Part shown: piece by piece, positions 30,234 through 40,693 of the stretch
How the letters are laid out: each line of letters begins with the position of its first letter
Position numbering within the stretch: position 1 is the first letter of the stretch
Assembly: GCA_015490995.1 (NCBI GenBank)
Contig: WFWT01000112.1
Span: 34,272-98,271, forward strand
Direction of reading: 5' to 3'
Length of the DNA stretch: 64,000 bases
Origin: Anaerolineae bacterium
GTDB taxonomy: Bacteria; Chloroflexota; Anaerolineae; JAADDB01
Program-made: the position numbers and the translations under genes
The notes under the pieces: generated by a model
Seen by the model: the letters and a program-made list of their open reading frames with translations, nothing else
Databases searched by the model: none
Told to the model about the DNA's origin: nothing

Positions 30234-31427
30234 ATGTGGCAGGATGACAGCGTGGTCATTGCCGGTGCGGCCCGTACGCCTATTGGCCGCTTTCTGCGCT
30301 CCCTCAGCTCCCTACACGTGACCGATTTGGGGGCTACGGCCATTAGAGCAGCGGTTGAACGGGCGGGCATTGAACCTCACCTCATCGATGAGGTCATTAT
30401 GGGCAACGTGGTCCAGGCTGGCGCGGGCATGGCGCCGGCCCGCAACGCGGCCTTGAAGGCCGGCCTGCCCCCTTCAGTAGGCGCGGTTACCATCAATAAA
30501 GTGTGTGGTTCCGGCCTAAAAGCCGTTATGATGGCCGCGAATGCCATTCGCAGTAGCCAGGGTGATATTTACGTGGTGGGCGGTATGGAGAGCATGAGCC
30601 AGGGGCCGTATCTCATCCCCAAGGCCCGAACAGGATACCGCATGGGCCATGGAGAGCTGCTTGATGCAACGGTCCACGATGGTCTGTGGAGCGCGTGGGA
30701 GAACCTGCACATGGGGCAGGCAGCAGAATGGATTGCGGCCAAGTACGGTATTTCCAGGGAAGAACAAGACGCCTTTGCCCTGGAAAGCCACGCCCGTGCT
30801 GTCGCTGCCCTGCGCGCGTGTCGATTTCAGGAGGAAACGGTGCCCGTGATCATTCCCCAGAAAGAAGGCACGTCCCTCACCGTGGACACTGATGAATGCC
30901 CTCGACCGGACACATCTCTGGCCAAATTGGCCAGTCTTCCCCCGGCATTTCAGGAAGACGGCACCGTTACTGCAGGTAACGCTCCCCCCCTCAGCGACGG
31001 TGCTGCCGCGCTGGTGGTAATGAGTGGCCGCACAGCCCGGGTGTTAGGCGTTACTCCCCTAGCCCGCATTCTCGGTTACACCCAGGCAGCTGTGGAGCCC
31101 ATCGCTCTCTTTACGGCACCGGTTTACGCGATTCGCCGTTTATGGGACCGCCTGGACATGGATCGAGAGGCATTTGACCTCTACGAGATCAACGAAGCTT
31201 TCGCAGCCCAGATGTTGGCAAACCTGCGCGAGCTGGAACTGGACCCCCGTCGAGTTAACGTCAACGGAGGTGCCATCGCCTTAGGCCACCCTATCGGTGC
31301 CAGCGGAGCACGCATCCTGGTAACCCTGGTCCATGCCCTCCGGCAGAGAGGATTACGCCGGGGCATTGCAGCCCTCTGTCTCGGGGAGGGCGAAGCGGTT
31401 GCCCTTGCTATAGAAATCATACATTAA
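30234..31427 (+). CDS. Acetyl-CoA C-acetyltransferase (thiolase)
   Basis: [26 protein letters not shown]. Start at ATG 30234 with RBS ggagga. Confidence 0.95.
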   Translation: MWQDDSVVIAGAARTPIGRFLRSLSSLHVTDLGATAIRAAVERAGIEPHLIDEVIMGNVVQAGAGMAPARNAALKAGLPPSVGAVTINKVCGSGLKAVMMAANAIRSSQGDIYVVGGMESMSQGPYLIPKARTGYRMGHGELLDATVHDGLWSAWENLHMGQAAEWIAAKYGISREEQDAFALESHARAVAALRACRFQEETVPVIIPQKEGTSLTVDTDECPRPDTSLAKLASLPPAFQEDGTVTAGNAPPLSDGAAALVVMSGRTARVLGVTPLARILGYTQAAVEPIALFTAPVYAIRRLWDRLDMDREAFDLYEINEAFAAQMLANLRELELDPRRVNVNGGAIALGHPIGASGARILVTLVHALRQRGLRRGIAALCLGEGEAVALAIEIIH

Positions 31428-31448
31428 GGCCCTTGGGAGGAAAACACC

Positions 31449-32201
31449 ATGGCGCAACCAGGCCGCCTTGAAGGCAAAGTGGCCATCATTACCGGTGCAG
31501 CTCGAGGCATTGGTCTCGCGACAGCCCGCATCTTCGCCCGTGAGGGCGCGCGGGTCGTCCTGGCAGATATCAATGCAGCCGACGGGGAAGCAGCCGCTGC
31601 GGAAATCCGCCAAAACGGCGGAGAAGCCCTTTTCATTCCCGTAGATGTCACCAATCCTACCCTGGTCCAGAAAATGGTCAACCAGGTTATGGAGACTTAT
31701 GGCCGTATCGACATTCTGGTCAACAACGCAGGAGTGTTGCGCGATCGCACTTTACTGAAGATGAGCGACGAGGAATTTGACTTCGTTATCAACGTGAACC
31801 TAAAAGGGGTTTACTACTGTACCCGCGCTGTAGCACCCATTATGGTGGTTCAGCGCAGTGGAGTTATCCTGAACGCTTCTTCCGTGGTGGCCCTGTACGG
31901 TAACTTCGGCCAGACCAACTATGTAGCTGCAAAGGCCGCGGTGCTTGGCATGACTCGCGTGTGGGCCCGTGAACTGGGCCCCAAAGGGGTCCGGGTCAAT
32001 GCGGTCGCTCCTGGATTCATTCGCACAGAGATGACCGCAAACCTTCCTCAGGAAGTTGTCCAAATGGTCATAGAACGTACCCCGCTGCGCACCTGGGGTA
32101 CACCGGAAGATGTGGCTTACGCTTACCTGTACCTCGCCTCTGACGAAGCCCGATTTGTCAACGGCGCCGTGTTAAGCGTGGACGGCGGGGTTGTGGTATG
32201 A
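31449..32201 (+). CDS. 3-oxoacyl-ACP/CoA reductase (FabG/PhaB-like SDR)
   Basis: TGAARGIG, NNAGV, GNFGQTNYVAAKA, VAPGFIRTEM. Confidence 0.9.
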   Translation: MAQPGRLEGKVAIITGAARGIGLATARIFAREGARVVLADINAADGEAAAAEIRQNGGEALFIPVDVTNPTLVQKMVNQVMETYGRIDILVNNAGVLRDRTLLKMSDEEFDFVINVNLKGVYYCTRAVAPIMVVQRSGVILNASSVVALYGNFGQTNYVAAKAAVLGMTRVWARELGPKGVRVNAVAPGFIRTEMTANLPQEVVQMVIERTPLRTWGTPEDVAYAYLYLASDEARFVNGAVLSVDGGVVV

Positions 32202-32228
32202 TGGTTTCGCGATAACACTTGCGGGGGC

Positions 32229-33287
32229 ATGGGAGGCGCTATGCAACGGTTAACGTTTGCAGAAATTGAAGCCATGCGCAAAGGCGCGCGGATGGCGGTC
32301 CAGGTGTGCATGCACGTTCGATCCGATGACCGGGTGGCTATTTTGGCCGACCACGAAGCCGCTCCCATTGCCCGTCTTCTGGAGGAAGAAGCTTCCAACG
32401 CGCACGCTTCCACCCAGGTCTTTTGCCTGGAAACCTATGGCCGACGCCCCATCCGTACCATGCCGAATACCTTACGTCAGGCCCTCCGCACGTTTCGCCC
32501 CACCGTCACCTTCTTTGTGGCCTCTGCCCAAGAGGGAGAAGTACCGTTTCGCATTGAGCTTCTGCGCTTTCTAACCCAGGAGCTGCGCGCGCGCCATGCC
32601 CATATGGTGGGCATCACGCCTGCCATCATGCGCGATGGGATGGCCGTGGATTACCGCAAGGTGGCTCAAGTCACCCACGCGGTGTACGAGTATGTACGCC
32701 GGGCGCAAGAGATCCGCGTGACATCCCCCGATGGCACAGACCTCGTTGCCCGCTTTCACCCCGAGTGGCGGTGGGTTCTATCCCCCGGCATCTATCGCTC
32801 TCCCGGGGAATGGGGCAACCTTCCGGATGGAGAGACCTACACTGCTCCTCTCTCCGTAGATGGGACACTGGTGGCCCGCGTTGTAGGGGACTATTTCAGC
32901 GAGCGCTATGGGTACCTCGAGGATCCTCTGCGGGCTATCGTCCAAGATGGCCGGCTGGTTCGGGTTGAAGGGCCTGCACCTTTGTGTGACGAATTCTTGG
33001 CATATACCCGTAACGCTGAAAATGGAGACCGGGTAGGTGAATTTGCGATTGGAACAAACATCGGCCTAAAACAACTTATAGGCAATCTCCTTCAAGACGA
33101 GAAGTTTCCCGGCGTCCACATCGCCTTCGGGAACCCGTACCCCGAGGCGACAGGGGCAAACTGGTCCTCACCCGTGCATGTGGACCTGGTTAGCCCCCAC
33201 ACCACCATTATGGTGGATGGGGAAATCATCATGGAAAAGGGCGAGTTCAACTTTGACGCGCTCCAGTTGGATCCACACATGGAATAA
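32229..33287 (+). CDS. Aminopeptidase, M29/thermophilic metalloprotease-like
   Basis: GNLPDGE, VGEFAIGTN, LLQDEKFPGVHIAFG, VHVD. Confidence 0.85.
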   Translation: MGGAMQRLTFAEIEAMRKGARMAVQVCMHVRSDDRVAILADHEAAPIARLLEEEASNAHASTQVFCLETYGRRPIRTMPNTLRQALRTFRPTVTFFVASAQEGEVPFRIELLRFLTQELRARHAHMVGITPAIMRDGMAVDYRKVAQVTHAVYEYVRRAQEIRVTSPDGTDLVARFHPEWRWVLSPGIYRSPGEWGNLPDGETYTAPLSVDGTLVARVVGDYFSERYGYLEDPLRAIVQDGRLVRVEGPAPLCDEFLAYTRNAENGDRVGEFAIGTNIGLKQLIGNLLQDEKFPGVHIAFGNPYPEATGANWSSPVHVDLVSPHTTIMVDGEIIMEKGEFNFDALQLDPHME

Positions 33288-33293
33288 GAGCAC

Positions 33294-33995
33294 ATGGTAA
33301 GACACCTGGTACTATTTGACATTGATGGCACATTGCTCCACACCCACGGCGCCGGTCGCCGTGCGATGCGTCGCGCGCTGGTGGCCATTTACGGCACGGC
33401 TGGCCCCATCGATCACTACAATATGGCCGGCAAAACCGATCGCCTCATCATCCACGACTTACTTAGCGTTGAAGGGGTTCCGCTTTCCATCATTGCAGAA
33501 CGTTTTCCCATGTACACAGAAGCTTATACCGAAGCCCTGGAGCAAGAACTCCGGCAGCACCCCCCAGAAATTCTGCCCGGTGTACCCCATTTGCTGAACC
33601 GCTTACGCCAGCGTGCGGATGTGGTGCTCGGCCTGCTCACGGGCAACTTGGTGCCAGGCGCCCGCCTGAAACTGCAATACGCGGGGTTGAACCCGGATAT
33701 CTTTGTCATCGGTGCCTTTGGCAGTGATGCCTTATCGCGGGACGCGTTGCCGCCCATTGCTCTGCACCGGGCTCGTCAACACGTGGGCCACGCGTTTACC
33801 GGCCGCACGGTCGTTATTGTGGGGGATACTCCGCTGGACATTTTGTGTGGGCGCGCTGTGGGGGCCAAAAGTGTGGCCGTAGCTACCGGACCTTACTCCG
33901 GAGATGAACTGCAAGCGTTTACCCCGGATGTGATCCTCCCCAACCTGGCCAACGTAGAACGTGCAGAGCACGCCATTCTGAATGGCCGTCCGTAG
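33294..33995 (+). CDS. HAD-superfamily hydrolase
   Basis: LFDIDGTLL, GLLTGN, IVGDTPLDI. Confidence 0.88.
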   Translation: MVRHLVLFDIDGTLLHTHGAGRRAMRRALVAIYGTAGPIDHYNMAGKTDRLIIHDLLSVEGVPLSIIAERFPMYTEAYTEALEQELRQHPPEILPGVPHLLNRLRQRADVVLGLLTGNLVPGARLKLQYAGLNPDIFVIGAFGSDALSRDALPPIALHRARQHVGHAFTGRTVVIVGDTPLDILCGRAVGAKSVAVATGPYSGDELQAFTPDVILPNLANVERAEHAILNGRP

Positions 33996-34060
33996 CGCTG
34001 GGAGACGGACAGGGAACGGTGAAACTTCGCATGAACCTGTATCGTCGCCAAAAATCGGAT

Positions 34061-34846
34061 ATGAGAGTGGACGAACGTCTGATACACGCTGCTCGCCTGT
34101 TGGCCCATGCCCGTCACGCCATTGCCCTCACCGGTGCGGGCATCAGCACGCCCAGTGGTATCCCGGACTTTCGCTCGCCAGGCAAAGGTTTGTGGGAATT
34201 CACCGACCCTGCCGAAGTGGCCAGCATTTGGGCGTATCGCCGTCAGCCTGAACGCTTTTACCATTGGATTCGCCCTTTAATGAAGGCCCTGCGCGAGGCC
34301 CGGCCTAACCCGGCTCACCACGCGCTCGCCCGACTGGAAGCGATGGGTGTCATTCAATGGGTCATCACCCAGAACATCGACGCCCTTCACCAGAAAGCCG
34401 GCAGTCGTCGTGTCATCGAAGTACACGGTCACACGCGCACAGCCACCTGTCTTGCTTGTGGCCATCAGGAACCCACCGACCCACTGTGGGAACAAGTGCT
34501 GCAAGGAGAACTGCCTCCGCCATGTCCGCGCTGTGGGGGCTTGCTCAAACCGGATGTAGTGCTGTTTGGCGAGATGCTGCCGGCCGAGGCTTTAACACGC
34601 GCCCAAGAGTTGGCCTTGGCGGCAGACGTCATGCTGGTGGTAGGATCCTCCCTGGAAGTGATGCCTGCAGCTGACCTGCCCCGCCTTACACTCCGCAGTG
34701 GGGGAAAGGTCATTATCGTGAACCTGGGAGGGACGACGATCGATCACCTGGCCCACGTGGTCTTGCGGGGAGATGTCGCTACCCTACTGCCTCGCCTGGC
34801 CGATGAAGTGGCCTTGCTGCGTGACCATTCTCCTCCACCTAAATGA
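34061..34846 (+). CDS. NAD-dependent protein deacylase (Sir2 family)
   Basis: TGAGISTPSGIPDFRS, TQNIDALH, VHG, two CxxC, KPDVVLFGE, GSSLEV. Start uncertain (34019-34067). Confidence 0.93.
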   Translation: MRVDERLIHAARLLAHARHAIALTGAGISTPSGIPDFRSPGKGLWEFTDPAEVASIWAYRRQPERFYHWIRPLMKALREARPNPAHHALARLEAMGVIQWVITQNIDALHQKAGSRRVIEVHGHTRTATCLACGHQEPTDPLWEQVLQGELPPPCPRCGGLLKPDVVLFGEMLPAEALTRAQELALAADVMLVVGSSLEVMPAADLPRLTLRSGGKVIIVNLGGTTIDHLAHVVLRGDVATLLPRLADEVALLRDHSPPPK

Positions 34847-34933
34847 AGCAGTAGCGCGTTCCACACGCCAACATTGGTAAAATCCTCCCGGGATGGATAG
34901 AATCGAACGTAATTCCCTATCCGATAACGTGGT

Positions 34934-36004
34934 GTGCGTGCTGAAAACGAGGAAACGGTGGCACAGGATATAACCGTTGAAACCAAAACACCCAGTCTGC
35001 GACGCTGGCAATTCTGGCTAGGACTTGCTATCAGCGTGGCGTTTTTGTATCCGGTCTTACGGGGCCTTCACCTGGACCAGGTGTGGGCATACTTGCAGCG
35101 CGCCACGTACGTGTGGATAGTGCCAGGCGTGCTGGTCTACTTCGTGGGGGTGTGGTTACGCACGTGGCGATGGCATTACATGCTACGTCCGATAAAACAC
35201 GTTTCCTTGCGCGTGTTGTTTCCTGTCGTGTGTATCGGGTATTTTGGCAACAACGTGTACCCGGCCCGAGCCGGAGAAGTGTTGCGGGCTTATGTACTTA
35301 AACGCCGTGCCGATGTTCCCATGAGCGCGTCGTTAGCTACTGTGCTGGTAGAGCGAATTTTCGACGGCCTGGTTATGCTGTTATTCGTGTTCCTAGCGCT
35401 GCCTTTCGCGCCCGCCCTGGCCGGCTACCGCCAATTTGTCACGCTGATCAGCCTGGCGTTTTTTGCCGTGCTGGGGCTTTTCTTCTGGGCTGCTTTTCAA
35501 CCCGATCGGGTGCGCCAACTGTACGCTTTTGGCGCCCAGCGGTTACTCCCGGCCAAGATACGCCCCCGAGTGGATGACATGGTAGAGCGCTTCCTTGACG
35601 GTTTGCGCTTTCTTGCCCGCCCGCAAGATGTGCTAATGACATTTCTCACCTCGGTGCTCATCTGGTTAGCAGAGACGGTAAAGTACTGGTTTGTAATGTA
35701 CGCGTTTCACTTCTGGGTACCTTTTATTGTGCTCATGCTAATGAACGGCATTGTCAACTTGGCAACGACATTACCCGCAGCTCCAGGGTATGTGGGTACC
35801 TTTGACACACCGGGAATTGCCGTGCTGGTTGCATTTGGTGTCGATCCCAACTTAGCCGCCGGATATACCCTGGTGCTCCACGCGGCCCTCTGGCTGCCCA
35901 TCACCCTCTTAGGTGCATTTTACCTGTGGCGCGAACACGCCCGATGGTCAGAGACCTCCACGCCACCAGCACAGCCGGAGGCATCCGCGGTCGAGGGTGG
36001 ATAA
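34934..36004 (+). CDS. Lysylphosphatidylglycerol synthase TM / flippase-like membrane protein (UPF0104)
   Basis: RTWRW, GYFGNNVYPARAGEVLRA, VERIFDG, PAAPGYVGTF. Confidence 0.85.
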   Translation: MRAENEETVAQDITVETKTPSLRRWQFWLGLAISVAFLYPVLRGLHLDQVWAYLQRATYVWIVPGVLVYFVGVWLRTWRWHYMLRPIKHVSLRVLFPVVCIGYFGNNVYPARAGEVLRAYVLKRRADVPMSASLATVLVERIFDGLVMLLFVFLALPFAPALAGYRQFVTLISLAFFAVLGLFFWAAFQPDRVRQLYAFGAQRLLPAKIRPRVDDMVERFLDGLRFLARPQDVLMTFLTSVLIWLAETVKYWFVMYAFHFWVPFIVLMLMNGIVNLATTLPAAPGYVGTFDTPGIAVLVAFGVDPNLAAGYTLVLHAALWLPITLLGAFYLWREHARWSETSTPPAQPEASAVEGG

Positions 36005-36040
36005 GGCCCCACCTTTCACGCAGGGAGGAGGACAGAAACC

Positions 36041-37393
36041 ATGAAAAGCATTGCCGTCATCGGCGCAGGATACGTCGGCCTGGTAACCGGCACCTGTCTG
36101 GCCGATCTGGGGAACCGAGTTATTATCCTGGACATTGATGAGCGCAAAATTACCCTGTTGAAGGAAGGACAGGTGCCTATCTTCGAGCCAGGCCTGGAAG
36201 AGCTGATTCGCCGTAACGTGAACGCGAACCGCCTCGCGTTCACCACCTCATACCCGGACGCACTCCACCAGGTGGACTTTGTGTTCATCGCGGTGGGCAC
36301 ACCGGAAGGGGTCGACGGCGAAGCTGACCTCCGTTACGTGCGCATGGCCGCGCGCAGCATCGCCGAGGCAATGGACCATCCCCTCATTATTGTGAACAAA
36401 AGCACCGTACCTGTAGGCACCGGCGACTTTGTGGCAGACATTGTCCGTAAGTACCAGAAAAAACCCATCCCCTTCGCCGTGGTCAGCAACCCGGAATTTC
36501 TTCGCGAAGGTTCGGCCGTCCAAGATTTCTTCAACCCGGATCGCATCGTACTGGGGAGTACCGATCCGGAAGCGGCGGAAAAGGTGGCTCAGCTCTACTT
36601 GCCCTTGCGAGCCCCAATCATGATCACTGACCTGCGTACTGCTGAGATGATCAAATACGCCTCCAACGCGTTTTTGGCCACCCGCATCTCCTTCATTAAC
36701 GAGATCGCGGCTATCTGTGAACGCGTGGGCGCGGACGTCAAAGAGGTTGCCCGGGGCATGGGATACGACAAACGCATTGGTCACTACTTCTTGGACGCGG
36801 GCATCGGCTTCGGAGGCTCCTGTTTCCCCAAGGACGTGAAAGCTCTGGAGCACATGGCCTTAGTACACGGTGCACATCCTCAACTGCTACGAGCGGTTAT
36901 GGAGATCAATCGAGATCAACGGCGACGGGTAATCGTCAAACTCCGGGAATTGTTGGCCGACAACTTGCGTGATAAAATCATTGGCTTGCTGGGTTTGGCC
37001 TTCAAGCCCAACACAGATGACATGCGTGAGGCCCCATCGGTAGATTTATATCACATGCTAGTAAACGAAGGGGCAATTGTAAGGGGCTATGACCCGGTAG
37101 CGATGCACAACGCCCGTCGTCTGCTACCTGAACTCCAACTGGCCGAAGATCCGTACGACTTAGCTACAGGGGCCGACGCGCTGGTCATCGTGACCGAATG
37201 GAATGAATTCAAACACCTAGACCTGAGGCGCATCAAAACCCTGATGCGGGGAGACGTCATCATTGACGGCCGAAACATCTACGATCCAGAATACGTGCGG
37301 CAATTAGGTTTCCGCTATCGCGGCATGGGGCGCGGATATCCGGTCAGCAATGAAGGTCCTTCCGGCAACGGCCAAGACGAGAACACATCATGA
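36041..37393 (+). CDS. ugd: UDP-glucose 6-dehydrogenase
   Basis: [48 protein letters not shown]. Confidence 0.95.
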   Translation: MKSIAVIGAGYVGLVTGTCLADLGNRVIILDIDERKITLLKEGQVPIFEPGLEELIRRNVNANRLAFTTSYPDALHQVDFVFIAVGTPEGVDGEADLRYVRMAARSIAEAMDHPLIIVNKSTVPVGTGDFVADIVRKYQKKPIPFAVVSNPEFLREGSAVQDFFNPDRIVLGSTDPEAAEKVAQLYLPLRAPIMITDLRTAEMIKYASNAFLATRISFINEIAAICERVGADVKEVARGMGYDKRIGHYFLDAGIGFGGSCFPKDVKALEHMALVHGAHPQLLRAVMEINRDQRRRVIVKLRELLADNLRDKIIGLLGLAFKPNTDDMREAPSVDLYHMLVNEGAIVRGYDPVAMHNARRLLPELQLAEDPYDLATGADALVIVTEWNEFKHLDLRRIKTLMRGDVIIDGRNIYDPEYVRQLGFRYRGMGRGYPVSNEGPSGNGQDENTS

Positions 37394-37436
37394 TGTCATT
37401 GTCAGCCAACACGCAAACATCGATGGGACAGGGCCC

Positions 37437-38804
37437 ATGAACAGGAAACAGCAATCAATTCCCACACAACTCGCACCGGCATTGGCTGAATCCCAAACCG
37501 TGACCCGAGTGCAGCTGGACAATGGGCTGACCGTGGTGTTGCGGGAGATGCACACGGCGCCAGTGGTCAGCGTGTGGATGTGGTACCGGGTCGGCAGCCG
37601 CAATGAACGCCCCGGTTATACCGGTATATCCCATTGGGTGGAACACATGCTCTTTAAGGGCACACCTAAATACCCACCCGGCTCCTACGATCGCCTTATC
37701 TCCCGGGAAGGGGGTGTGTTCAACGCGATGACCTGGCTGGATTATACCGCGTACTTTACCACTCTCCCCGCAGCCAAGGTAGACCTTCCCCTCGACATCG
37801 AGGCGGATCGGATGGTGAATTGCCTCTTTGCGCCGGAAGAAGTGGAACGAGAACGGACCGTTATCCTCTCCGAACGGAGCATGTATGAAAACCGTCCCAC
37901 CTTTGTTCTATCCGAAGAGGTGCAGTCCACGGCCATCAAAGTCCATCCCTATCACCACGAAACCATCGGCTGGCCAACAGACCTTCGCACCATATCTCGC
38001 GATGACCTTTACAACCACTATCGCGCCTACTACAGCCCCAACAATGCCGTGCTCGTTGTGGCGGGCGCGTTCCACACCGAAACGATGCTGGAAAAGGTGA
38101 AAACCTACTTTGCCTCCATCGAACCACGCCAAGTCCCTCAGCAACCGATTCCCGCCGAGCCCCCACAACGGGGTGAACGTCGTGTCATTGTACGAGGCGC
38201 GGGCGACACGGCTTACCTTCAGGTGGCATTCCACGCGGTGGCCGCCACACACCCGGATTTCTTCCCCATGGTGGTGCTGGACGCCGTCCTGGGAGGTGCT
38301 AAATCTTTCGGTGGGGGTGGCGCTTCCAACCGCAGTTCTCGCCTTTACAGGGCCCTCGTGATGAGCGGTGTGGCTGCGGATGCGGATTGCTGGATAGGCC
38401 CTACCATCGACCCTTATCTCTGGTGGTTCGACCTAACCCTCAACGAAGGCCAGCCCTTGGAAAAGGGAGAAGCTATGTTGTGGCAAGAAATCGAACGGCT
38501 GCAGAACGAACCGATCACGCCAGAAGAGCTCACCAAAGCCATCAAACAGGTACGGGCCCACTTCATTTACGGAGCGGAGAGCATCACCAACCAGGCACGC
38601 TGGCTGGGATTTGCCGAAGTGGTGACTTCCCCCAAGTGGTTGGCCGAATACTTGGACCGGGTAGCAGCCGTCACGCGGGAGGAAGTCCAACGCATTGCTC
38701 AGACATACCTGCGAAGAGACCAAGCTACCGTGGGGTGGTACATACCCACCGGTCAGAACACTTCTCCCATCGTGGAGCATAACGGAGGGAAGGACACGCC
38801 ATGA
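37437..38804 (+). CDS. M16 zinc peptidase, catalytic subunit
   Basis: VGSRNE, HWVEH (HxxEH), ERTVILSER. Start uncertain (37350-37437). Confidence 0.92.
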   Translation: MNRKQQSIPTQLAPALAESQTVTRVQLDNGLTVVLREMHTAPVVSVWMWYRVGSRNERPGYTGISHWVEHMLFKGTPKYPPGSYDRLISREGGVFNAMTWLDYTAYFTTLPAAKVDLPLDIEADRMVNCLFAPEEVERERTVILSERSMYENRPTFVLSEEVQSTAIKVHPYHHETIGWPTDLRTISRDDLYNHYRAYYSPNNAVLVVAGAFHTETMLEKVKTYFASIEPRQVPQQPIPAEPPQRGERRVIVRGAGDTAYLQVAFHAVAATHPDFFPMVVLDAVLGGAKSFGGGGASNRSSRLYRALVMSGVAADADCWIGPTIDPYLWWFDLTLNEGQPLEKGEAMLWQEIERLQNEPITPEELTKAIKQVRAHFIYGAESITNQARWLGFAEVVTSPKWLAEYLDRVAAVTREEVQRIAQTYLRRDQATVGWYIPTGQNTSPIVEHNGGKDTP

Positions 38805-40117
38805 CCTCACCCAACACCCCACAACGCCATCCTATGCCCAGTCCAGACACCATCGTCACCCATACGTTGCCCAACGGCCTCCGCATCTACGTGTACGAAA
38901 ATCCCACGGTGCCCGCCGTCGTTGTCGACGGGGCTCTGCCCTTTGGCAGTGTGTATGAGCCACCTGAACTCAACGGCCTGGCGGCACTTACTGCGGCAAT
39001 GCTTCGGCGAGGGACACGCACCCACTCCTTCGACACGTTGAACGAAACGTTGGACGCCTTAGGAGCCTCCATAGAACTCACCGGCGGACGCCACGCCCTG
39101 GACATTTACATCCAATGTCTAAGCGAAGACCTTTCGTACATGTTGGAGTTGACAGCCCAGATGCTGCGTGAGCCGCGCTTCCCCCCAGATGAATTTGAAC
39201 GCCTAAAACAACAAACCCTGACCCGCATTCAGGAACGCTACAATGACACCCGGGCTATGGCATTTCTTGCCTTCCGCCGTCTGTTATACGGTGATCACCC
39301 GTACGGCCGGCCTGTTACCGGCGAAAAGGACACGGTATCACGCGTCACCTTAGAACATGTGCGGGCCTTCTACCGCCAACACCTGACCCCTCAAGGCGGA
39401 CAGCTTGTCATTGTGGGGGATGTCCGAGCCGAGGCCGTTATTCAACGGGTGACGGAGGTGCTCGGTGATTGGCATGGCCCGAATCTGGACACGTCCTTGC
39501 CCCCTGTAGAACGACCAAAAGCCATGCGCGCGGCTCACATCCCCATGGAGGACAAAAGTCAGACAGACATTGTATTAGGCTGGTTGAGCCTGCCCCGCAA
39601 TCATCCCGACTGGACCCCCCTGGTAGTGGCCAATACCCTTTGGGGGCAATTCGGCATGGGAGGACGCATTGGGGACAGAGTCCGTGAAAAGGAGGGCATG
39701 GCCTATTACGCGTATAGCACACTGGAGGGTAACTTTGCCCCAGGGATGTGGGCAGCCGCTGCGGGCGTAGCTCCCGAAAACGTCACCCAGACCATATCTA
39801 TCCTCCTGGAAGAGGCGCGGCGGCTCCGGGAAGAACCGGTCACAGCGGACGAACTAGAGGAAGTACAATCTTTCCTCGTCGGCTCATTACCGGTGCGCCT
39901 GGAGACCAATGAAGGACTGGCCTCGGTGATCGGTGACATGGCGTGGTATAATCTCGGTCTGGATTACCTCCTGACCTACGAGGCGCGAGTACGGAACGTC
40001 ACAGCAGCAGACATTCAACGGGTCGCTCATATGTACATGGATCCCGACAATTATGTGTTGGCTACAGCAGGCCCACAAGCGGAAGTGACACCTGTCCAAG
40101 AAGCGCAGGTTCCCTAG
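38801..40117 (+). CDS. M16 peptidase, non-catalytic partner subunit
   Basis: M16 fold without HxxEH, RVREKEGMAYY. 4 bp overlap with the catalytic subunit. Confidence 0.9.
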   Translation: MTSPNTPQRHPMPSPDTIVTHTLPNGLRIYVYENPTVPAVVVDGALPFGSVYEPPELNGLAALTAAMLRRGTRTHSFDTLNETLDALGASIELTGGRHALDIYIQCLSEDLSYMLELTAQMLREPRFPPDEFERLKQQTLTRIQERYNDTRAMAFLAFRRLLYGDHPYGRPVTGEKDTVSRVTLEHVRAFYRQHLTPQGGQLVIVGDVRAEAVIQRVTEVLGDWHGPNLDTSLPPVERPKAMRAAHIPMEDKSQTDIVLGWLSLPRNHPDWTPLVVANTLWGQFGMGGRIGDRVREKEGMAYYAYSTLEGNFAPGMWAAAAGVAPENVTQTISILLEEARRLREEPVTADELEEVQSFLVGSLPVRLETNEGLASVIGDMAWYNLGLDYLLTYEARVRNVTAADIQRVAHMYMDPDNYVLATAGPQAEVTPVQEAQVP

Positions 40118-40210
40118 CCCGTTCCCTGTCGGCCAAGGTTAACAAGTCCCAATGTGCCCAAAATTCATGCAGTACGTGGTCAAGAGGAGGAGAAGCAAGG
40201 AGCGGGGAAC

Positions 40211-40693
40211 ATGTACATACAGATCGGCGTTGATCTTATCGGTGTCACACGCGTGCAAAAGGCCGTCGATCGTTGGGGAGAGCGTTTCCTTTCACGAGTA
40301 TTCACCGAACGAGAACGTCAAGATTGTAACGACCGTATTCAGTCCTTGGCTGCACGTTTTGCCGCCAAGGAAGCTGTGCTAAAAGTACTGGGCACGGGAC
40401 TGACTAACGGTATATGTTGGCGAGATGTGGAAATTCGCAGCACCCGAAATGGACCGCGGGTTGTCCTTTACGGCAAGGCCCAACACCGGGCTTCCGAACT
40501 CCATTTAACCGGGTGGAGCCTTAGCATTACCCACAGTGATGGGATAGCCGTTGCGATCGCCGTAGGGTATGGAGAGAGCAATGTCTTGCTTCAACCGATC
40601 TACCATGAGAGTAGCCGTAGGGATGGTCATTGGCCTGATGATGGGCAGCTTCCTGCTGGTGCTGACAGCCCATCCCGGGAGCACGCAGGATGA
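40211..40693 (+). CDS. acpS: Holo-ACP synthase with a C-terminal extension
   Basis: IGVDLI, LAARFAAKEAVLK, WRDVEI, SLSITHS. Confidence 0.9.
   Translation: MYIQIGVDLIGVTRVQKAVDRWGERFLSRVFTERERQDCNDRIQSLAARFAAKEAVLKVLGTGLTNGICWRDVEIRSTRNGPRVVLYGKAQHRASELHLTGWSLSITHSDGIAVAIAVGYGESNVLLQPIYHESSRRDGHWPDDGQLPAGADSPSREHAG

Noticed and set aside
33294-33995. HAD hydrolase as CbbY/CbbZ (XuBP or phosphoglycolate phosphatase)
   Set aside because: It lies in a different operon 5 kb from the cbb cluster, with no specific sequence support.
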